Assembly: GCA_038087875.1 (NCBI GenBank)
Contig: CM075988.1
Location: 8,060,001 to 8,124,000 of the forward strand
Length of the DNA stretch: 64,000 bases
Source of the DNA: Malacoraja senta
Taxonomy: Eukaryota
Direction of reading: 5' to 3'
Below are positions 23,328-37,116 of this stretch, piece by piece (the stretch's first letter is position 1; the number at the start of each line of letters is the position of its first letter). A program made the translations under genes and the position numbers. The notes under the pieces are model-generated. The model did no database searches. It had not been told where the DNA came from and saw nothing but the letters and a program-made list of their open reading frames with translations.

Positions 23328-24300
23328 GAAGGAGCATGACTGAATACCCTGTGGACGTGGCCCATCCATGTACATACAGAAATCTAAGGAGCCAGATCCA
23401 TGAGGTAGTAAAGGACGTGCATGGGGTGCGGACATTTGGTTACTGGCATCCTGGGTGCTCTATGCAGTCACCTACAATTCAAATTGGACAGAGCTGCACA
23501 TCTCCAGGTGCTGCATGGTTCCATGTTTAGTCGGCGTAGCCTCTTTAGGAAACTCATTAGGGTGGAACCATGAAGTGTTGGGAAGATTTATCCAAACTTC
23601 CCATCCCTTGAAAATCGAGGATCGGGCAAGGAAACAGACAGCAGCTTGGTGCTGTGGCAGTAGCGCAGCCGATGAGGTTTACCCGAGGCGCGATTATTGC
23701 TCATTGAAAACGTGTACAGCCTGATGTTAGTAACCTGTGATTGAAGAATGGCTAAACATCGTCATGTAGATTGTATAGAAAGGCAGCAGAAGTTGGATGG
23801 GGGAGGGGGGGGGGGGGCGGGAAATGGGATTTAAACTCAAAAGCCAGGCTGTTGTTCTTGGGGTGTCTGAAACCCACAAGTATGCATCAGCTTTTAATTT
23901 ATCTCTTTACTAATTAATCTAACCGATGTATTTAAATAAAATTGCCTCTGAAAGCTGACATGCAAGCAAATCAACATACTGCACGAGCAGGCCAATCCAC
24001 TGGTGAGCAAGCTCAGTAAAGACAACTCTTTGTCCATCGTCCATTGCCCATTGCTGGTCATCGTATAAAGCAATTAAAGTGTATAAAGTGATTGGATAGA
24101 GAATGTTCACGTGGCATACTTAAAGCGTTATTTTTCTCTGAACACCTAGTATTGACGACATGTTTTTTTTTCATTCTGAGTGTAAATCTAACTGTACTTA
24201 TCACTTTCAATATGAACGAAACAATATTAAAAAAAGTTTTTAAAAATGGTGCTAAGATCACTGTGCGTATAATGAGTGTATGCAGGGTAAATGGTTGAGA
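23328..24300 (+). other. Probable ROBO4 3' UTR with candidate polyA signals (AATAAA 23935, ATTAAA 24073 and 24226)
   Basis: Repeat-free stretch after the stop codon, AT-rich distally; true end unknown. Confidence 0.5.
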
Positions 24301-24384
24301 CCAGTTTGAATTCACTGGGGCTGTAAGCAAACCAGCTGACCTCCCAAGTGAGGAGAATAACAGCACAAAGGGTCTTTTTTTAGC

Positions 24385-24710
24385 GGTATTAACGTTGATT
24401 TCTCTAATTTCAAATAACCCTTGCATTCCCTCCCTCTCCCACCCTAGTCATCCTACTAGTTCCACTGTTTGCATCCCCGTATCCCTTTATTATCACCTCT
24501 TCCCCAGACAACAACGGGCCATTATGGGCTCCTCCCTTCGTTGATCATCTGTTGCCAGCTCTGCTTTGTTTTGGCCGTTTCCTACCTCCAGTTCCCTCCC
24601 CTCCACTTTCAGTCCGAAGAAGGGTCCTGACCCGAAACGACACCCATCCTTTTTTCTCCAGAGATGCCGCCTGATCCGCTGAGTTACTCCGGCACTGTGT
24701 CTATCTATGA
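24385..24710 (+). mobile_element. Penelope-like 3' end plus pLTR
   Basis: ORF tail ttgatttctctaatttcaaataacccttgc and pLTR with a core variant at about 24614. Confidence 0.75.
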
Positions 24711-25033
24711 TCTTATTTATTTTAGTTGTTCCCTGTCACGGTACCATATGTTCATTTTTTGCCAAAATAATCCCATTAAAGAGAGGTATGATGCAAAAGT
24801 GAAGTAGGCTTCACAACTTACGCTGAGAGAGTGGCATTAATGCAATTTCCCTGCCTGATGTTCCGCTCCAGGAGTCTGTTTAGCATGCGAAAGATGATGC
24901 ATACGTGGCCATTTCAAAATGGTGAATTTTAAATTCCAATATTGAGCAAAACCTTGGCTTGATATTTATAGAGAGGGAAAGAGAGTCTGAAGGAAGTGTC
25001 TAGTGTTGATCTTTTAAAAGCAATATCCAATTG

Positions 25034-25347
25034 AGGTGGCTCAGTGGTACAGCAGTAGAGTTGCTGCCTCACAGCACCAAAGACCCAAGTTTGATCCTGA
25101 CTACTGCCGCTGTCTGTGTGGAGTTTGTAAGTTCTCCCTGTGACCGCATGGGCTTTGTCCGGGTGCTCAGGTTCCCTCCCACACTCCAAAGATATGCAAG
25201 TTTGTAGGTTCTGTAAATTGGGTCTCGCGTGTAGGAATGCAAAACAGTTTTAACATAGAACTAGTGTGAACGGGAGATTGGTGGTCGGCGTGGACTCTGT
25301 GGGCTGAAGGACCTATTTCCACGCTGCATCTCTGAACTAAACTAAAT
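25034..25347 (+). mobile_element. HE1-type SINE
   Basis: Consensus blocks. Confidence 0.88.
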
Positions 25348-26136
25348 CCAATTTTGATCATACCCAATTTGGCAATCATCTCTATATGCAGTCTACCAAT
25401 TGTAAAATTGGAGTGAGTGCTTGGCTGGATGGTTTCCCAATATTCCAGGATCCGACAGTCACTTCATTTATTGTGTAATGTATGCAGTATATTGGTTGTA
25501 CTGTAATGCATTTGAACCAGTTTAGGTTCCAAACATTTTCATCAATACACTAGCTGGGCGTACAGTGCACCATGGTCCCATTTTGATTTATTATTTAAAA
25601 GGATACTCTGTTGAAATTGAAAGACTTGAGTGGCTAATGTTAACACTGACTGTGAGTACTGTCCAAGACCTAGTGCACAGCCTAGGAGTGCCTTCAGTAG
25701 CATCTAGCAAAGATGCCGCTCCATTGCCTGCACTCTATTGGAAGTGTTGAAGAAGGTGTAGCGAGTCTCAGGGAGAGTCAGGGACTTTGGGGCAAAGCCA
25801 TGCTCTTCTGCGAGGAACCCTGTTGCACAACGTCTACAAAGGCACCACATCGTAGCTGGACCAACCCAATGAGTAATGTTGTTGCCAGGATAGGTATTCT
25901 GGGACTGTAAGGGGTGGGTTGGCCTCTGTCCTTCTGCGAGAGATGATGATGCGGCTTGGAAGTTGCCCTTTTTGGAGAGGGGCATATTTTATCTGTTGTT
26001 GGCTTCAAAGCCTGTAAACACTGTAAAAAAAACCCATCTCCTTCCATACTCATGTCCGGAAACACTTTGGCGACCAAGGTGACCATGACTTGTCCACTAG
26101 GTACTTAGGTTCCTCAGTATGAAAGAGGTATAGCAG

Positions 26137-26436
26137 GTTTAGTTTAGTTTAGTTTAGAGATACAGTGTGGAAACAGGCCCTTCGGCCCACTGAGTCTGTG
26201 TTGACCAGCGATTCCCTTACACTAGCACTATCCTACATACTAGGGGCAATTTACTATTTTATCGAAGGCAGTCAACCTACAAATTGGAAAGCGGGAGGAA
26301 ACCGGAGCAACCAGAGTTAGCCTGCGCATTCACAGGGAGAACGTACAAACTCCATACAGACAGCACCCATAGTCGGGATCGAACCTGGGTCTTTGGCGCT
26401 GTAAAACAGCAACTTTAGCACTGCGCCACCATGCCA
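26137..26436 (-). mobile_element. HE1-type SINE
   Basis: Consensus blocks with (GTTTA)n. Confidence 0.88.
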
Positions 26437-26786
26437 TCCAATGGCCACTGTAACAGCTTTACACCATAACCTCAATTTACAGAGTCTTGGTAAAGAGAAA
26501 AGTGGCATCTTGGACACTTGGATTGTTGGTTTCCCATGATTGTAGGCAACTGTTGGCTGCATTCCTTAGCCTATTAAAAACATGCATTAACAACATGACG
26601 ATCATCTTCAAGCAGCACCCATAGTGCTAACCTGGCTGCTGATCATGAGACAGATTACCTGTTGGTGAACGTACCATGAAGATGCCCAACCCAGGCGACT
26701 ATTTGCGTGCTAGCCACAGAAGCAGATCTACAGTCACATATTACAATCGCTCAACCCTCTTAAATCTCTACTCCTACAGCCACATT

Positions 26787-27084
26787 TTTAGTTTAGTTTA
26801 GAAATGCAGAGCGGAAGCAGGCCCTTCGATCCACCGGGTCCGCACCGACCAGCAATCCCTGCACCTTAACCATCCTACACCAACTAGGGACAATTTGTAC
26901 ATTTACCAAGCCAATTAACCTACAAACCTGTACGTCTTTGGAGTGTGGGAGGAAACCGAAGATGTCGGAGAAAGCCCACACAGGTCACGGGGAGAAGGTA
27001 CAAACTCCGTACAGACAAGCACCCGTGGTCGGGATCGAACCCTGGTATCCAGCGCTGCTCTACCGCTGAGCCACCGTGACCGCC
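26787..27084 (-). mobile_element. HE1-type SINE
   Basis: Consensus blocks. Confidence 0.88.
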
Positions 27085-27859
27085 TAAACCTTCTTACTTT
27101 AACTATGATCTTCTTAAACTCTGGCTTTACCTTGCAGTGAAGGTTATTCCCTTATCATGTGTCTATACACTGTAAATGGCTTGATTGTAATCATATCTTG
27201 TCTTTCTGCTGACTGGATCGCAGGCAACAACATTTTTTTGCTCTACCTCGGTACACGTGACAAGAAACTAAACTAATAAACAATGTGTTATAGAGTCATA
27301 CAGCACGGAAATGGGCCCTTTGGCCCAGCTTGCCCATGCTAGCCAAAATTCCCCATCTACACTCGTCCCATCTGCCCACGTTTGGCCCATACCCCACTAA
27401 ACCTTTCCTATCCATGTGCCTGTCCAAATGTCTTTTAAATGTTGATAAAGTTTCTGCCTCAGCTACCTCCTGCAGCAGCACATTCCATATATCCACCACC
27501 GTCTGTATGTCCTGGCACCTCTCATTATTTCTTCAGCTGTTCAGCTGACAATTTCTAGGCTTTTGCAACTCCCACTCTCAGCTCAGAGGTCAGTATTGGA
27601 ATTTAAAACTCACCATTTTGAAATAGCCATGTTCGCATAATCTTTCACAGGTTAAACAGACTCCTGGAGCAGCGGATCAGAAATTGGGCAAGTTCCTGTT
27701 TCCTGGGTCACCTCTCAGCCCACACACACCTTTGCATTCAGTTTAAAAATTGTGCAGGGAACAGCAGTTATTAACCCTCTGGTGGACCTGAAAGTGCAGC
27801 CACCATATCATCAGCTTTGAAACAATTGGCATTTATTTAGCATCTTAGCTCACCATTAG

Positions 27860-28290
27860 ACTGCTGGGACTGGACCTGTACTCGCTGGAGTTTAGAAGAA
27901 TGAGGAGGGGTCTCTTTGAAACATACAGAATAGTAAAAGGCTTGGATCGTGGATGTGGCAAGGATGTTTCCACTAGTGGGAGAGTCTAGGACTAGAGGTC
28001 ATAGCCTCAGAATTAAAGGATGTTCTTTTAGGAAGGAGATGAGGAAAAGTTTCTTTTGTCAGTGGTGAATCTGTGGAATTATTTGCCACAGAAGGCTGTG
28101 GAGGCCAAGTCAGTGGATATTTTTAAGGCAGAAGAGATACTGTAGATAGATTCTTGATAAGTACAGGTGTCAGAGGTTATGGGGAGAAGGCAGGAGAATG
28201 GGGTTAGATCAGCCATGTTTGAATGGCAGAGTAGACTTGATAAGCCGAATGGCCTAATTCTACTCCTATCACTTATGACCCTATGACTGT
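27860..28290 (+). mobile_element. CR1 3' fragment
   Basis: ctggagtttagaagaatgagg...gatcagccatg...ggcctaattctactcctat tail. Confidence 0.85.
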
Positions 28291-28317
28291 GCCCAGAATA
28301 CTTCATTACCCATGTTA

Positions 28318-29365
28318 AGTTTGATTGATTGATTGAAAGATAGAGCATGGAAACAGGCCTTTCGGCCCACTGGGTCTTTGCCAACCATTGATTAGCGCAG
28401 GTCGGCAACCTTGTTCTGCATAGGGGCCAGGACCCATGTCTGTGAGTGGATGGCGGGCCACATCTATCACCATAGAGTAACACTTGGTGTTTTTCGCATT
28501 AGTTTTCACGTGTTTTTCAATGAGTTTTCTGCAGTTTCCAGGTCCCTCGCATGCCCTGGGACTGGCTGCAGTTCTCAGGTCGGCTTGCCTGCCCCAGGAC
28601 TAGCTGTAGCGCCCAGGTCGCCTGCGTGCCCCTGGAATAGCTGCAGTTCCCAGATCAGCTCGCGTCTCCGGGACTGGCTGCAGCTCCCAGGTTGCGAAAA
28701 TTAGTTGAAAAAAAATACGCCTGCGGGCCGGATGATTTCGGGTTACGGGCCGGATCTGGCCCCTGGGCCGTAGGTTGCCGACACCTAGATTAGCAGTTCA
28801 CACTAATTCCATGTTCCTCCACTCTGACATCCACGCCTTGCACACTGGAGGCAATTTACAGAGACCAATTAGCCTGCAGACCCGCACGTCTTTGCATGTT
28901 GGAGGATGCCGGAGCACCCGAAGGAAACCCACGAGATCACAGGGAGAAGAGCCAAATGCCGACCTGTTCATACTAGTTCCAAGTTTTTCCATTTTCTCAT
29001 CCACTCCCTACGTACCAGGGGCTATTTACAGAGGCCAATTAATCTACAAACCTGCACATCTTTGGGATGTGGAAGGAAACGGGATCACCCGGAGAAACAC
29101 GAGCAGTCGCAGGGAGAATGTACAAACTCCAAACAAGCTTCACCTGGTGCAGGATTGAACCTGGGTCTCTGGCGCTGTGAGGCAGCTGCTCTACCGCTGC
29201 TCATCCAATGTCAGCATTGGTAAATTCACATGCATGGGCTCGTGCTCACACACATCCACCGGGTCACATGGAGAATGTACATACTCCACACAGACAATAC
29301 CCAAGATCAGGATCGAACCTGGGTCTCTGGCACCGTAAGGCAGCTGCTCTACCAGCCACGCCACT
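28318..29365 (-). mobile_element. Cluster of three HE1-type SINE pieces (the first hosts the hAT element)
   Basis: Repeated V-domain and head blocks. Confidence 0.8.
28398..28787. mobile_element. Non-autonomous hAT (Charlie-like) element with internal minisatellite, nested in a SINE
   Basis: GTCGGCAACCT / AGGTTGCCGAC TIR core; subterminal GGGCCG repeats; 8-bp TSD GATTAGCG/GATTAGCA. Confidence 0.8.
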
Positions 29366-29922
29366 GTAATGATTATGTTGGAGGAGTTGATGTAACCCAC
29401 AATTTTTCAATCAATTGTGTCAATAGGTAACAAAGTGGTTCAGTTTAATAGGAGGAGTATTGGTTGGGTCATGCTGAACTATACTTTGGGTTCCCACATC
29501 TATTTGGTTCTATTTTAGGTGACTAAACATTCAATAAACGCTTGTCACAAATGTGGCTGCTTTCATACAAATTACCTTTACAGGAAGTGACAAATTACAC
29601 GGCATGAATAGTCTGTACAATTGTACGTCATATTGTAATAAGAATGAGGTAAAATATGTTTGGTCAGTTGATCGGACACAATAGCGGCAGGAAGGGGAGC
29701 CCTCTGACAGGAAGCTATCAGCTGGTCGCTGACTGGACCTGTAGCCGACACTGAGCAATGTGTTTGTCATCATTGCACCCAGTCCAATATTAGATTGTTT
29801 GTCACCAAGTTGTCCAGATGGATTAACGCAAATACTTGAAAACTTCCTGTTCTAATCACATGAGCTTACAACCCAACAATATGAAGGATTAATTTTCCAC
29901 TTGTTAGTAACCAACCCACATT

Positions 29923-30360
29923 AGACAATAGGCAATAGGTGCAGGTGTGGGCCATTAGGCCCTTCAAGCCAGCACCGCCATTCAATGTGATCATGGCTGA
30001 TCATCCCCAATCAGTACCCCTTTCCTGCCTTCTCCCCATATCCCCTGACTCCACTATCTTTAAGAGCCCTATCTAGCTCTCTCTTGAAAGTATCCAGAAA
30101 ACCGGCCTCCACCGCCCACTGAGGCAGAGAATTCCACAGACTCACAACTCTCTGTGAGAAAAAGTGTTTCCTTGTCTCCGTTCTAAATGGCGTACTCCTT
30201 ATTCTTGAACTGTGACCCCTGGTTGTGGACTCCCCTAACATGGGGAACATGTTTCCTGCCTCTAGCGTGTCCAAACCCTTAATAATCTTATATGTTTCAA
30301 TAAGATGCCCTCTCATCCTTCTAAACTCCAGAGTGTACAAGCCCAGCCGCTCCATTCTCA
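29923..30360 (-). mobile_element. CR1 3' fragment
   Basis: LGLYTLEFRRMRGHLIETYKI...FFSQRVVSLWNSLP. Confidence 0.9.
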
Positions 30361-33300
30361 ACCTCGCTCCATTCCAACATCAACCCCCTTTCTCCTCCCC
30401 CATGAACCCTCCCCTTTCATTTCAAACCCACTTCCTTCCCACCGCCTCTGCAGCTCCTTGTTATCACATTGTAATGAACCTGTTCTGTAAACACTCCTAA
30501 ATATCCTTCTTGAGATATGGAGCCTAGAAGTAAATGCAATACAGAGGACATTTATTCCCCACGATTAAATGTCCTTGAGAAGGTCGAGGTGAGTGTCCTT
30601 CTTGGACCACTGCAATCCTTTAAGTGAAGGTGCTTGCACACTGTTAGTTCAGGAGTTAGACCCAAAATGCTGGAATAACTCAGCGGGTCAGGCAGCATCT
30701 CTGGTGAATCTCTTTTCTCCAAACCCGCTAAGTTACTCCAGCATTTTGTGTCTATCTTCGATGCAAACCGTCATCTACAGTTCGTTCTAACACGCGTTAG
30801 TTCAACAGTTCCTGGATTTGACCCACCATCAATGTAGAAATAATGCTATATTTCCACTTGAGGAAGCTACGTGACTTGGAAGATAATAATCGGGCAGTGA
30901 TGTTCCACATGCTTAAAGACCTTGCCCCTTTGGCAGTAGAAGTCACAGCTGTCATATTATATGAGGAGTGTAATTATACTCATTGATTATGTTCACACAG
31001 AGTATGATTTGCCTGGATAGCTTGCAAAACAATGTTTTTCCCTGTATTTTGGTACATGTAACAAGAAACCGATACAAATCCAAATAGAATGCATTTTGCG
31101 GATGAACTCACCACAGCCATTGTAGAGGAAGGAATGCATGTTTAGGGTCATGACTGGAGTACTGTTTACATGGGCTGCTTTGACAAGCTATCTATCTGAG
31201 TGTCATGGGAGCGGCACTTGTCTGTGCAAGTGGAGAGTATTCCATCACAGTCCAAACTTGTGCCTTGTAGAGTGTGGAAAGGTTTTCTGATGTCAGGACA
31301 TGACTCACTTAAAGTCATAAAGTCATATAACACAGAAATAGGCCCTTCAGCCCAACTTGCCCATGCCATCAACATTCCCGCATCTACACTAGACCCACCT
31401 GCCCGTGTTTGGTCCATATCCCTCTAAACCTTTCCTATCCATGTACCTGTCCAAATTTCTTTTAAATGTTGTTATAATACCTGCCTCAGCTACCTCCTCT
31501 AGCAGCTCATTCCATATGCCCACCTCCCTCTGGAGTTAAAAATGTGCACCTCAGGTTCCTATTACATCTTTTTCCTCTACTGCTGCGCCAGTGTGTTGCC
31601 TGCAGATTGAGTAGCCAACCAATTGTGGACGGATATGTGCCAAATGCAGGGAAATGGGCCAAGCTTAGATGGGACATCTTGTTCAGCACAGATGAGCTGG
31701 GCGGAGGGACCTGTTGCTGTGCCTTATGGCTCTATGACTGTATTTTGGTGTTAGACCAATTGCCTGTTCATGCCTAGGTTTGTTCCACCAACTTTCATGA
31801 AAGCAGACCCCAAGTTAGTCCGTTTCTGAATGCTCACCGGAGACATAATCAGTTTGCAAATTTCATTCCTTCTCTCTTATTGCCTGGGGATCAATATCAT
31901 TTCCTTGATTCAAACCATTTTAATCTTCTTGATTTCCATTTCTTTGATGTATGGTAGCTATTTATTTTACTGGGATTATCATGATTTATGGAGAGCATTT
32001 CATTCATCTTTAGTGAATGGTTGAAGCCTTACTTATATTAACAGATTATGCTCGTTCATTGCTTCTTTCTGTTGAATACCCATTTAAATGGTTTCTACAT
32101 GTAGATCGCAGCAAACCTCTTCAAAATTATGCCTTAGATTTATTTCTTACTACTTCAATTTATGATTAATTTGTTAATCCTTTAAGGTTACAAATTAAGC
32201 TTTTGATCCCCAATATTATATCTTGCTCTCTGTCAAAGTGTTTAATAACAAATACCTTCAATTTTTAATTTCCCTCACAGTTCCTTAAAATCGGCCTTTG
32301 TAAAATGATATATCTGATACTTGTTTTCTGGCTTTGTGAATCTCATATTGTGATAAACTTGATCGTTCAATAATCTCTCATTTATCCCAAGTGTCCACAA
32401 CTCCCACTTCATACACATCATCTCAGCTACGGAAAATGACCTAAACAGTGCGTCCTGTTTTTGAACATTGATCAAGACTTTGCCAATAGTTAATAGTTTT
32501 TTGAAAGATTGCAGTTCCCAATTCATTAGATTTTTAGTGACATGAGGAATTGAAGATGCTGGAATCATGCATCAAATCCGAAAAGCTGGAGTAACGGAAG
32601 CATCTCTGGAGGGCACAGATATGTAACGTTTCAGGTTGGGACCTGCTTCAGACTAATTGTAGTCGCGAGGAGTAAGCTGGAAAATAGTTGTGTGCAGGAT
32701 AAAGCCTGGCAGGTGGATAGAGGTGAGGGGAATTTTTGAATGGCAGAATTTTAACTCCATTCATTTTGTAGCCATTCCCTTGTTGGGAGTCTGTGCTCCT
32801 CTCTCTCTCTTCATTCAATGTTATTTGAGTTTCAGCAAATAATCTATTTTCATTTTTCAATTCCTTTTGTCAGGCAGCAAAGAGTGATTTGTGTGTGTGA
32901 GGATTGAAGACTCTTGTCCGGTTGTCTCTGCAATCCTCTGCTGACCTGGATAATCGTGATGATAAACAATTGTGATCCGAATCCTGATTAACAGCGAGTT
33001 TTGTGACTGCATCGCAATCCCCAAACAGTCAGAGGGAACCAGCCATCACATAAACCGTGCACATGACCTTTGGAAACAGTAAAACCCACCAAGGGTGGGC
33101 AGCTCTCCTCATTCTGTGAAAACACACTGGTCCCTGAATGATCTCACAGAGGCAGAGCATGGACACGGGCTCTTCAGCCATTTGAGTCTTCACCAGCCAT
33201 CGTACCCTTGTTACATCAATATCATTTTTGTCTCCCCATCGACTCTCCTGAGGTTCACCAGCTCACCGACACACGGGGCAATTTACTTTGGCCAATTAGA

Positions 33301-34382
33301 CGACCAATCCATGTACCTTAAGAAGATGGGAGGGGTCAGGGTGGAGGGGAGGTCAGAGGGGATGGAGGTTAGGGGGGAGAGGTCAGAGGGGATGGAGGGG
33401 CACATGGCAAAGATTGTATCTGGGGACAGGCACGGGATCCGACGCAGTCGGTGGGGGTGGCAGGGCTCAGTGGTGTACTCTGGTGGGGTGAAGGGGACTC
33501 GGGAGACAGAGGAGAGGAGAGGGTTGGGCTTGGTGTTCAGATTAGAGATGGGATATGAGCTGGGAGGTGGGTGGGAGAGAGAGCATGGTGTGCGCAGAAG
33601 CAGGGGAATCCGGCAGGAGTCCTGCATGGTGTGGGGGTGGCAGAGACGGGTAAACTTACAGGCCACGGTGGGTGTCAGGAATAAGAAGAACCACTGGTTG
33701 AAAGAGTGGATCCGGTGGAAGATGAAGAATAGTGACAGTGTACATGTGTAGGAGAGAAAGAGAAAGGGCCAGAAGGTGCTGAAAAATGGTGGAGAGAGTT
33801 CAGCATAGGACAGAGACGGAAGACCATTGGGGGAAGTAATGAATTGACTAAAGTGGATGACCATGGAAAGTATGTGCTAGGGTCATTCTAGGAAGAAATT
33901 TCCTGGTGCTGACTCATTGAATGATTCCAGCGATAAGCTGATAGTACGCAATAGACAATAGACAATAGGTGCAGGAGTAGGCCATTCAGCCCTTCGAGCC
34001 AGCACCGCCATTCAACGTGATCATGGCTGATCATCTCCAATCAGTACCCCGTTCCTGCCTTTTCCCCATATCCCCTGACTCCGCTATCTTTAAAAGCCCT
34101 ATCTAGCTCTCTCTTGAACACTATTGATTATCCTAGTCCATCCCTGCCAGGTTGAACATAGTGTGCAGTTTCCAACACTTGGAGCTGGCACTACTCACAG
34201 AGGGAGTGCATTTAAGGTAGAATAGATGGTGAATGTCATTGAGGTCTTTGGAGCAGATAAAAAGTAAGGGAGAGTGTAAATGTCATACATTTTCATAGCA
34301 GCAATGCATGCCTCAGGCCATAACTGGGCAGAAGAGTTGTCTTCATTCCACAGATGTCTGCAAACTCTCCAGGACTCTCAGT

Positions 34383-34410
34383 CTGAAGAAGGGTCTCAAC
34401 CCGAAACGTC
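34383..34410 (+). ncRNA. Minimal hammerhead ribozyme core in a PLE pLTR
   Basis: CUGAAGAAGGGUCUCAACCCGAAACGUC. Confidence 0.6.
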
Positions 34411-35261
34411 ACCCATCCCAAGTTCCTGCCTGTCCTGCTGAGTTACTCCAGCATTTTGTGTCTACCAACAAATGCAGCCCGCTCAGCAGATAATTGAAGA
34501 CCAAGATGAAGACACTTGCAGCCATCAGACTGTGCGTACCTTTGTATATCTGTGGCATCGATATACGGTAATTCATAAGCCATGAAGTGGGGAGAAAGAG
34601 TAGCCCTGGCGTGGTCACGTAGGAGTTCTACTGCCAAGAACTCACAGATGAAACTTCTAGTGGAGCAATCTTCAGGGGAGAGGTGATGGGAATACACAAC
34701 AAAATGTACAGTTGCTTCAACTGCTACAAAACTCCCTGCCAACACCACAAACTAGAGACAATAAACAGTAAGTTATCCAAAGCAACCTTCTGTGACAATC
34801 ATGGATCAATTAATCTGGAGCTGACCCCATAGCAGAAGCGTCCAAGTCGCGGGGCTGGAAACTGGAAGTATCCTGAGCTAATTCTGCTACCACCATCATC
34901 GCTGGAAGCTTGCGTCCTGTTCAGGACGGATGATGACAGCGAGGTCAACATTTGTTACAAGATGGACACGAAAAGAAGAAGCTCTGGAACTAATTGAAGA
35001 TTTCTCACTGACATCAAAATCCATGGTGCCAAGTGACAGCTCGTGTATTTGAGTAGAATAGATGGCATTTGCCGAATCACTGACGTTATATCTGGCAGGA
35101 CTGATCTGACTGTTTATTGGCATTGCAATCCATCTACTTCTACTGCAAGGGGCGTTACACATATACGCACAATTCCTGATCTGCAATGCAAGCTGCAATG
35201 CTGTCTCATTAATCGCACTGCAACTTGGAAGGAAACTGGAATCCTTAACAGTCTGACAACT

Positions 35262-35602
35262 GGGCGGCACGGTGGTGCAGCAGTAGAGTTGTTGCCTTAC
35301 AAGCACTGGAGACCCGGGTTCGATCCCGACTACGGGTGCTGTCTGTACGTAGTTTGTACGTTCTGCTCGTGACCGCATGGATTTTCTCCGAGATCGCCCG
35401 TTTCCTCCCGCACTCCAAAGACATACAGGTTTGTAGGTTAATTGGCTTGGTATAAATTGTCCCTTGTGTAAACTGTCCCCAGTGTGTGTAGGATAGTGTT
35501 AATGTGCAGGGATCGCTGGTCGGTGCGGACTCGGTGGGCCGAAGAACCTGTTTGTGCGCTGTTTCTCTAAACTAAACAAAAGTAAACTAAACTGAACTAA
35601 AC
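35262..35602 (+). mobile_element. HE1-type SINE, full length
   Basis: Consensus blocks. Confidence 0.92.
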
Positions 35603-36058
35603 TGCTAGTGTTCAACCATTATGTTGTTGAAGAAATTCAATAAAAGGAGACCATATTTTGGAAAATTGATCTGGTTTGTCAGTCAAGACAACTGTTGGGA
35701 ATTTGAACAAAGCACTGGGCAAAAATATTTTCGGCTACTCACTGTGTAGGAAGGAACTGCAGATGCTGGTTTATACTAAAGATAGACACAAAATGGTGGA
35801 GTAAGATGCTGGAGTAATAGGTGATGTTTCCGATCGTTCCGACCTGAAACGTCACCTTTTTAATTAGTTTAATTTAGAGATACAGTGCGGAAACAGGCCA
35901 TTCAGCCCACCGACTCCGCGACAACCAATGGCAGCATTTTGTGTCTATCATACGCCAGTCACTGTACTTCTTAATTTCAGTTCATTACACTTATGAATCA
36001 TTAGTAGAAGGATATCCACAAAAAATGTTCTTTGTATCGGTCCCTTTATGTATTATTA

Positions 36059-36337
36059 AGGGCCTGTCCCAATTATGCAACTTTTTCGGCGACTGCCGGC
36101 AACCGTCATAGGTCGCCGAAAATTTTCAACATGTTGAAAACTCAGCAGCGACCAGAAAGACGCTACAACTCTTTGGGTGACTAGGAGACTACTCACGACC
36201 ATGCAGGCGACATCCTGGCGACATGTCGCGGGGTGAAGCCTGTATGGTCGTGAGTAGTCACCCAAAGAGTTGTACCTTGTTCTGGTCGCCGCTGGATTTT
36301 CAACATGTTGAAAAGTTGCGTAAGTGGGACAGGCCCT
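36059..36337. mobile_element. PIF/Harbinger-type MITE (279 bp)
   Basis: TIR AGGGCCTGTCCCA / TGGGACAGGCCCT; TTA TSD. Confidence 0.88.
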
Positions 36338-37116
36338 TTATTGTGATATGTGAATATGTTGAAGCACTAACACTGCAGTTTTCAGATGGTAAGCTACTAA
36401 TCTCACTGTGGTTGTCAGGCTCAGTATAAAATCAGAGTGAGTTATGAACCTCTTGGATACCAGCTCAGCAATAACATTGGTAGAGAGTATGTTATGTATT
36501 TCTGAAGGATCCTTCTGGGCTTATAGGTTATGGTGCCTTTCAACAAGTCTGTGTGACTGTCAATTATATAGCTCTGAATACTATTTTTACTGGGGCACTT
36601 TCACTATGTTTCCCATCCCCACTCCATTTTGAATTGTCCGCACTCCTCCTAATGTCTTGGGACATTGGTGTGATTTCCAATTTTCCATAAATCAGGTTTA
36701 CTTGCAGAGTATCGTATAGTTACTCATTACTCTCATATTGCCACATCGACAGGCAGAATGAGGCAATACGCAACGGCCTTTATCATTAAAACATAAGGTA
36801 ATGAGCGCTATAATCAAAACACAGATATGAGATATTCAAGATGAAATCATTCAAAAATAAACTAAAGGTCCTTGGAGCATCCCAAAGATGCCAAATCCAC
36901 AAAATAAATTGATATTGGGGCAGATCTCAAAAGAAATGAATGGATTTTCCAGCTTTTTGCACCGAACATTGGCAGCTTGAGTTTCCTGAGCATAAATGAC
37001 TTCAAACTGCTAGCCCAAGGTAGGGAGACACCTCTTGGGAGTCCAATTGCACATTGTAGACAACTACCCCACGATTTCCAGCAGTGTAGTAGTCCCAGTA
37101 AAACAGCTTCCTGAAG

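Noticed and set aside
28529-28692. 37-bp repeats as a CRISPR-like array
   Set aside because: Head-to-tail diverged units without unique spacers, inside a eukaryotic DNA transposon
31830-32545. AT-rich stretch with a minus-strand ORF fragment that might be a decayed retroelement
   Set aside because: No diagnostic motif; cannot be classified by eye
33095-33864. 218-aa and 193-aa opposite-strand ORFs
   Set aside because: Purine-rich low-complexity sequence that depletes stops; no domain or splice support
36123-36140. MITE palindrome as a p53 half-site
   Set aside because: CAACATGTTG mismatches RRRCWWGYYY at both outer positions and has no adjacent second half-site
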